Assembly: GCA_039196715.1 (NCBI GenBank)
Contig: JBCCUP010000015.1
Location: 4,292 to 68,291, forward strand
Source of the DNA: Pseudomonadota bacterium
GTDB lineage: Bacteria; Pseudomonadota; Gammaproteobacteria; CALCKW01
DNA length: 64,000 nucleotides
Direction: 5' to 3'
Position numbers and translations under genes: made by a program. A model generated the notes under the pieces. That model saw only the letters and a list, made by a program, of their open reading frames with translations. It made no database searches and was not told where the DNA came from. This document shows positions 62,554 to 64,000 of this stretch, piece after piece (position 1 is the first letter of the stretch; each line of letters opens with the position of its first letter).

Positions 62554-62846
62554 CCATTTGGTGGCGGGACATCCCCTCACAGGTCACCGTAAAAAAAGGC
62601 CGCAAGAACGGAAAAGTCCTGTTATCCGAGCGCTTCCAGGAAGCGATAGACAGGGCCGCAATGCGTGCGGGGAAAAAGACCACCGACGAGTACCTCGAGG
62701 ACTGGCGGCGTGAAGAGAGAGAGGTCGAGGGCGAGTTGCAAGCAATCGCAGACGCCGAGGCCGCTGCACTGGAGGCTCGGTACAGTGATGACGATCTGAA
62801 ACAACTGGAGCGCCAACACGGCCACGCGCAAACCGCCGACAACTGA
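62538..62846 (+). CDS. hypothetical small charged protein (102 aa)
   Basis: Its start overlaps the DUF1638 stop by 16 nt. Lys/Glu-rich, with GC3 lower than its neighbours. No known domain. Confidence 0.35.
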   Translation: MAKLVTIWWRDIPSQVTVKKGRKNGKVLLSERFQEAIDRAAMRAGKKTTDEYLEDWRREEREVEGELQAIADAEAAALEARYSDDDLKQLERQHGHAQTADN

Positions 62847-62883
62847 CCGGTCCCGCCACAACGCCCTACAGGCAGACAAATAG

Positions 62884-63810
62884 ATGAACTCCGATATCAA
62901 CACCAGCGACATTGAGAGCACAGTCCAGGCTTTCATGCGGGACTTTACGCTCGAGACGACACCTGGGCAGGCCGCCAAGCTCGAAAGCTACCAGGGCATC
63001 CTGCGCGAGGGCACGACCGTGGCCGTGACCTTCCTGCCCGGTTCCGACTACCGCGACACGGTGAAAACCGCTGCACGCTTGCGCGCCGAAGGCTTCGAAC
63101 CCGCTCCGCACTTTGCCGCGCGATCGATCGCCAGCCGCGATGAATTCAACGACTTTGTCGCACGGTGCGCTGGCGAAGCCGGCGTCAACCACGTCGTCGC
63201 CCTGGCCGGTGGCGTGGACAACCCTGTCGGCCCCTACGACAGCTCGATGGCCATTCTCGAGACCGGTATTTTTGACAAGCATGGCATCGCGAAGGTTGGT
63301 GTGGCGGGTCATCCCGAGGGCAGCCCGGATATCAGCGATGCCCTGCTCACCGAAGCGTTGCAATGGAAGAATGCGTTGTCCGAGCGCACCGACGCAGAGC
63401 TGTATATCGCGACTCAGTTCGTGTTCGAAGCCGAACCCGTGATCGCCTGGGACAAAGCGATCCAGGCCGAGGGCAACCGACTGCCGATCCACATTGGTGT
63501 GCCGGGCCTCGCGACCATCAAGACCTTGCTGGCGCACGCCAAGGCCTGCGGCGTCGGGCCGTCCATGCGCTTTCTCACCCGACAGGCGATGAACGTCGCC
63601 AAGCTCATGACCGTCAGTGCACCGGACAAACTGGTCACAGCGCTCGCCCAGTACCAGGCGACCGACCCCGATTGCGGCATCAGCCATGTGCACATGTACC
63701 CGCTGGGCAGCTTCAAGAAAACCGCGGACTGGAGCTACGCCGTCGCCGACGGCGCGATCCGGATGAACGCGAAACGTGACGGATTCGAGGTCGATCTGCC
63801 CTCGGCTTGA
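62884..63810 (+). CDS. methylenetetrahydrofolate reductase-like protein (MetF family)
   Basis: 308 aa with a TIM-barrel MTHFR-like fold (VAVTFLPGSDYRDTV...HVVALAGGVDNP...) and high GC3. Confidence 0.75.
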   Translation: MNSDINTSDIESTVQAFMRDFTLETTPGQAAKLESYQGILREGTTVAVTFLPGSDYRDTVKTAARLRAEGFEPAPHFAARSIASRDEFNDFVARCAGEAGVNHVVALAGGVDNPVGPYDSSMAILETGIFDKHGIAKVGVAGHPEGSPDISDALLTEALQWKNALSERTDAELYIATQFVFEAEPVIAWDKAIQAEGNRLPIHIGVPGLATIKTLLAHAKACGVGPSMRFLTRQAMNVAKLMTVSAPDKLVTALAQYQATDPDCGISHVHMYPLGSFKKTADWSYAVADGAIRMNAKRDGFEVDLPSA

Positions 63811-63896
63811 GGCGGATTCAACGCGGCTTTGAGCCGCCGTCACCCCCGAGACACCTGTACAGTTGTTAGGCTGTACGCGACACAGAGCACCCCAAC

Positions 63897-64000
63897 ATGA
63901 GTGAAACAGTTCTCACATCAGCGAGCGGAAAGGAATGGGTCATGGGTTTCGACCGTCCTTTCACGATCATCGGCGAACGCATCAACCCGACTGGCCGAAA
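63897..64000 (+). CDS. methyltetrahydrofolate:corrinoid methyltransferase-like pterin-binding protein (MtgA/AcsE/MtrH-like), truncated at window end
   Basis: MSETVLTSASGKEWVMGFDRPFTIIGERINPTGR. The IIGERIN motif is characteristic of pterin-binding methyltransferases. Confidence 0.5.
   Translation, partial: MSETVLTSASGKEWVMGFDRPFTIIGERINPTGR

Overview
This is a high-GC (roughly 65-70%) proteobacterial chromosomal segment. By gene content and order it looks like a gammaproteobacterium. From start to end I read the following.

- **1-8.7 kb, minus strand:** a polyamine uptake and catabolism operon (potFGHI-type ABC transporter, agmatinase-like ureohydrolase, gamma-glutamylpolyamine synthetase, class-III aminotransferase, FAD oxidase truncated at the window edge). 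A divergent GntR regulator sits next to a perfect palindrome.
- **9.5-10.4 kb:** bfr and bfd, flanked by a low-GC island that carries a repeated Fur-box-like motif.
- **10.8-15.6 kb:** a glutarate module (CoA-transferase, glutaryl-CoA dehydrogenase, divergent LysR regulator, FAD-linked oxidase).
- **16-25.2 kb:** aroC, tRNA-Pro(GGG), then the conserved block thrS-infC-rpmI-rplT-pheS-pheT-ihfA-MerR on the minus strand.
- **25.4-27 kb:** an apparently frameshifted gene that ends in an HTH-WYL (YafY-type) regulator.
- **27-29.8 kb:** a membrane-anchored AraC regulator divergent from a secreted alpha/beta-hydrolase.
- **29.9-52 kb:** aldo/keto reductase, sdhCDAB preceded by a DUF1674 (SDHAF4-like) gene and divergent ygfZ, an OmpA-like protein with TSP3 repeats, lysS, prfB with its programmed +1 frameshift site, a DedA-oxidoreductase fusion, recJ, a GT39 glycosyltransferase, a PAS-GGDEF protein, and a DAHP synthase.
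- **52.6-56.8 kb:** a second class-III aminotransferase, dsbD, and a histidine phosphatase.
- **56.9-64 kb:** a probable quaternary-amine catabolic island. It has a GlxA/GbdR-type AraC regulator, a 2-hydroxyacid dehydrogenase, sdaA, and a corrinoid-dependent methyl-transfer cluster (B12-binding corrinoid protein, DUF1638 protein, small protein, MetF-like reductase, and a pterin-binding methyltransferase truncated at the window end).

I saw no CRISPR arrays or obvious mobile elements. Many long antisense ORFs in the track are high-GC artefacts.
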